A DNA stretch of 15,977 nt from Armatimonadia bacterium (GTDB lineage: Bacteria; Armatimonadota; Zipacnadia; Zipacnadales; UBA11051), in contig JBDKRC010000297.1 in the NCBI GenBank assembly GCA_039683575.1, positions 1-15,977 on the forward strand, read 5' to 3'. The position numbers and the translations under genes are program-made. The notes under the pieces are model-generated. The model searched no databases. It saw only the letters and a list, made by a program, of their open reading frames with translations, and had not been told where the DNA came from. Of this stretch, positions 13,519 through 15,977 are shown piece by piece; position 1 is the first letter of the stretch; the number at the start of each line of letters is the position of its first letter.

Positions 13519-15977
13519 ATGAGAGTTCGTCACTTGCTGCTGCTGATCGTGCTGCCGACACTTTGTCTTCCCGCGTGGAGCAAGACCATGCGCAATTACT
13601 ACACTGAGGCCCGGTTGGGCGTCATGCGGCAGAATGTGGAGCAGTGCGACTGGGCGCGGGCGGAGCGGGACCGGATTATCAAGGAGGCGGACAAGTGGGC
13701 CGCCTATGACGACGAGCGGCTGCGGGAGTTGGTGCCGCCTCCGACCGTGCCGCGGGCGGCACGGGTCTCTATCAACGAGTGTCCGGTACATGGGCAGGAA
13801 GTGCTCAAAGTCGCCAGCATGTATGGCTGGAAGATGGACTTTGATCATCCGTACAAGGTTGTCTGCCCGGTGGGCGGGGAGAGCTATCCGAGCAATGACT
13901 TCAATGCGTACCTGAAGAGCGGGATGAAGGATAGGTCGCTTCTGACCGGCGAGTATGTGGATGATGGGTGGGGGTATGAGAAGAAGGCGGGAGACAAGTA
14001 CAAGCATTGGTTCGTGGCCTACTATGCACACTGGATGGTGCGGAACTGGTTGCACCCGGCGCTGCAGAACCTGTCGCAGGCTTACCTCCTGACCGGGGAC
14101 ACGAAGTATGCGCACAAGGCAGCGCTCCTCCTGTGGCAACTGGCGCAGTATTACCCTGACTACCAGTATGAGAAACAGTCGAGCTATGGCAAGGAGAATG
14201 ACCCCAGCTACCTGGGGCGGCTGCTTTACCACACGTGGGAAACGTGGACTGTGGAGCAGGCGGCGCTGACCTATGACGCGGTGTTCCCGTCTTTGGGGCA
14301 GGATCTGGAGTTGCAGAAGCTGGCCGGGACGGATGGGCCCGGGCTGCAGCGGCAGCTTGAGGACAGGCTGCTCCGGGTGATGGCGGATGACATCATCGGC
14401 GGGTCGCACCGCATCCAGGGCAACTACGGGATGCACCAGAAGGCGGCTCTGCTGGTGGCGCTGGCACTGAATGACGACACGGGTAAGGCGAATTCGAAGC
14501 AGATCGTGGAGTGGGTGTTGAAGAATCCGGCGCCGGCGGAGCTGTATACCGACGCACCGTTTGAGGACATGCTGACGAACCTGATACATAGGGACGGAGT
14601 GCCGTTTGAGTCGCCGTCCTACAACTGTGGGTGGCTAAGCGACCTGGGTGAGATCGCTGATTTGCTGGTGGAGAATGGTGTGAACTACTGGGACAACCCG
14701 CGGTTCCGGAGTATCTTCACGTCACCTGTGGACCAGTTAGTGCTGGGGAAGATCACCACACCGCTGGGGGACTCGAATAACATGTTCGCCGGGCCACTGG
14801 GGACTAGCCCGGGGTATCTGCAGCGGGCGTATGCGCAGTTCCCCGACCGGCTGGAAGCGAGACGACTGGCGGCGGCGATGGTGCAATCTGGAGGAGCATT
14901 CCCGCGCGATCTGTTCCAGCCGTACCTGGGGGAGAAGGTGAAGGCGGACGCGGCGGCGCTGGGCAAGCAGGTTGGGACGGAAAGCAGCCTGCTGGCAGGA
15001 CTTGGCAATTTGACACTCCAGACGGGCTCGCCGGGGCATGAGACGGGGCTGTCGCTGTTCTATGGGCAGTACATCGGCCACATCCACTTTGATCTGCTGA
15101 ACGTTGACTTCTATGCGCAGGGGCAGCCGCTGACGCCTGATCTGGGGTATCCGGAGACCGCGGACAGCTATGATCCGCGGCGGTTTGGGTTCCTGGCGCA
15201 CACGGTGGTGCACAACACTTGCATGGTGAATGGGCGGCGGCAGGAGACAGGGCGCGGGCAGCTTGTGGCGTTCCATCCCGGCGGGTTCGCGCAGATGGCG
15301 GAGGTCACGGGGAACGCAGCGTATCCTGAGGTGGTGAAGGACTACCGGCGCACGGTGATGCTGGTGGAGGCCACGCCGGAGCAGGCGTACTATGTGGATA
15401 TCTTCCGCGTGGATGGCGGACGGCAGCACGACTGGCTGGTACACGGGACGGAGGCGGAGTTCACCGCGAGTGTGCCGTTCGGGGCGGTGCGGGCGGAAGG
15501 GACGCTGGCGGGAGCGGACGTTCCCTATGGCAACTTCTATGACGACGAAAAGCTGAAGGAGAGCCGCTACGGGTTGTACTATCCGGCCTACAAGGGGAGT
15601 GCGTTCCAGTGGCTGCGTAATGTGCAGGAGGCGACGCTGAAGCCGACTGAGGGGGCGGCTCCCTGGGTACAATGGAAGATGAACCGGGACCCGGAGCTGT
15701 TTCCGAAGGAGTATCCACGCGGGGCGACACTGCGGTCGCACTTGGTGAGTGAGGGCGAGACGGTGTTTGCTTGCGATGGGGTGCCGCAGCGGCGGCCGAA
15801 GTTCCCGGAGAAGCTCAAGTGGGTGGTGCGGCGGCGAACGGCGGAGAATGACAACCTGCAGAGCGCATTTGTGACGGTGCATGATGGGTTCCTGGGGCAG
15901 GATGCGATCAAGTCGGTGAAGCGGCTAGCGGTGTCCCCGGCGGACGCGGTGGCGATTGAGGTTGATCTGGGCGATCG
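13519..15977 (+). CDS. 3'-truncated secreted heparinase II/III-family (polysaccharide lyase-like) protein, at least 819 aa; missing from the ORF track
   Basis: Manual translation from ATG 13519 (AGAGGG upstream) finds no stop before the window end. Signal peptide MRVRHLLLLIVLPTLCLPAWS. Helical-toroid region 'LSQAYLLTGDTKYAHKAALLL', 'IQGNYGMHQ', 'DGVPFESPSYN', 'TPLGDS'. Heparinase II/III motifs 'GHIHFDLLNVDFYAQGQPLTPDLGYP', 'HTVVHNTCMVNGRRQ' and 'YRRTVMLV...YYVDIFRVDGGRQHDWLVHG'. Confidence 0.9.
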   Translation, partial: MRVRHLLLLIVLPTLCLPAWSKTMRNYYTEARLGVMRQNVEQCDWARAERDRIIKEADKWAAYDDERLRELVPPPTVPRAARVSINECPVHGQEVLKVASMYGWKMDFDHPYKVVCPVGGESYPSNDFNAYLKSGMKDRSLLTGEYVDDGWGYEKKAGDKYKHWFVAYYAHWMVRNWLHPALQNLSQAYLLTGDTKYAHKAALLLWQLAQYYPDYQYEKQSSYGKENDPSYLGRLLYHTWETWTVEQAALTYDAVFPSLGQDLELQKLAGTDGPGLQRQLEDRLLRVMADDIIGGSHRIQGNYGMHQKAALLVALALNDDTGKANSKQIVEWVLKNPAPAELYTDAPFEDMLTNLIHRDGVPFESPSYNCGWLSDLGEIADLLVENGVNYWDNPRFRSIFTSPVDQLVLGKITTPLGDSNNMFAGPLGTSPGYLQRAYAQFPDRLEARRLAAAMVQSGGAFPRDLFQPYLGEKVKADAAALGKQVGTESSLLAGLGNLTLQTGSPGHETGLSLFYGQYIGHIHFDLLNVDFYAQGQPLTPDLGYPETADSYDPRRFGFLAHTVVHNTCMVNGRRQETGRGQLVAFHPGGFAQMAEVTGNAAYPEVVKDYRRTVMLVEATPEQAYYVDIFRVDGGRQHDWLVHGTEAEFTASVPFGAVRAEGTLAGADVPYGNFYDDEKLKESRYGLYYPAYKGSAFQWLRNVQEATLKPTEGAAPWVQWKMNRDPELFPKEYPRGATLRSHLVSEGETVFACDGVPQRRPKFPEKLKWVVRRRTAENDNLQSAFVTVHDGFLGQDAIKSVKRLAVSPADAVAIEVDLGD

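Overview
GC-rich bacterial chromosomal DNA, probably Armatimonadota (inferred from the typical '[43 protein letters not shown]...[13 protein letters not shown]' prepilin-type protein). The + strand carries a glycan-degradation neighbourhood: the 3' end of a probable glycoside hydrolase, two secreted multi-module DUF4091/GH123-like hydrolases, a DUF1559-like prepilin-type protein, a divergent WrbA-like flavodoxin with a small alpha/beta-barrel partner, and a secreted heparinase II/III-family lyase-like gene that runs off the right edge and is absent from the ORF track. The - strand carries tRNA-Ser(UGA) and a marR-emrA-emrB-'cytidylate kinase-like' operon. The clearest non-coding signals are a probably leaderless marR transcript with a 25-bp palindrome in its first codons, a probable bidirectional promoter shared by the tRNA and the lyase gene, a GTAG-type REP hairpin, a 21-bp tandem repeat and several terminators. 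No integrase, transposase or CRISPR array was seen. Family assignments come from motifs recognised by eye, not database searches.
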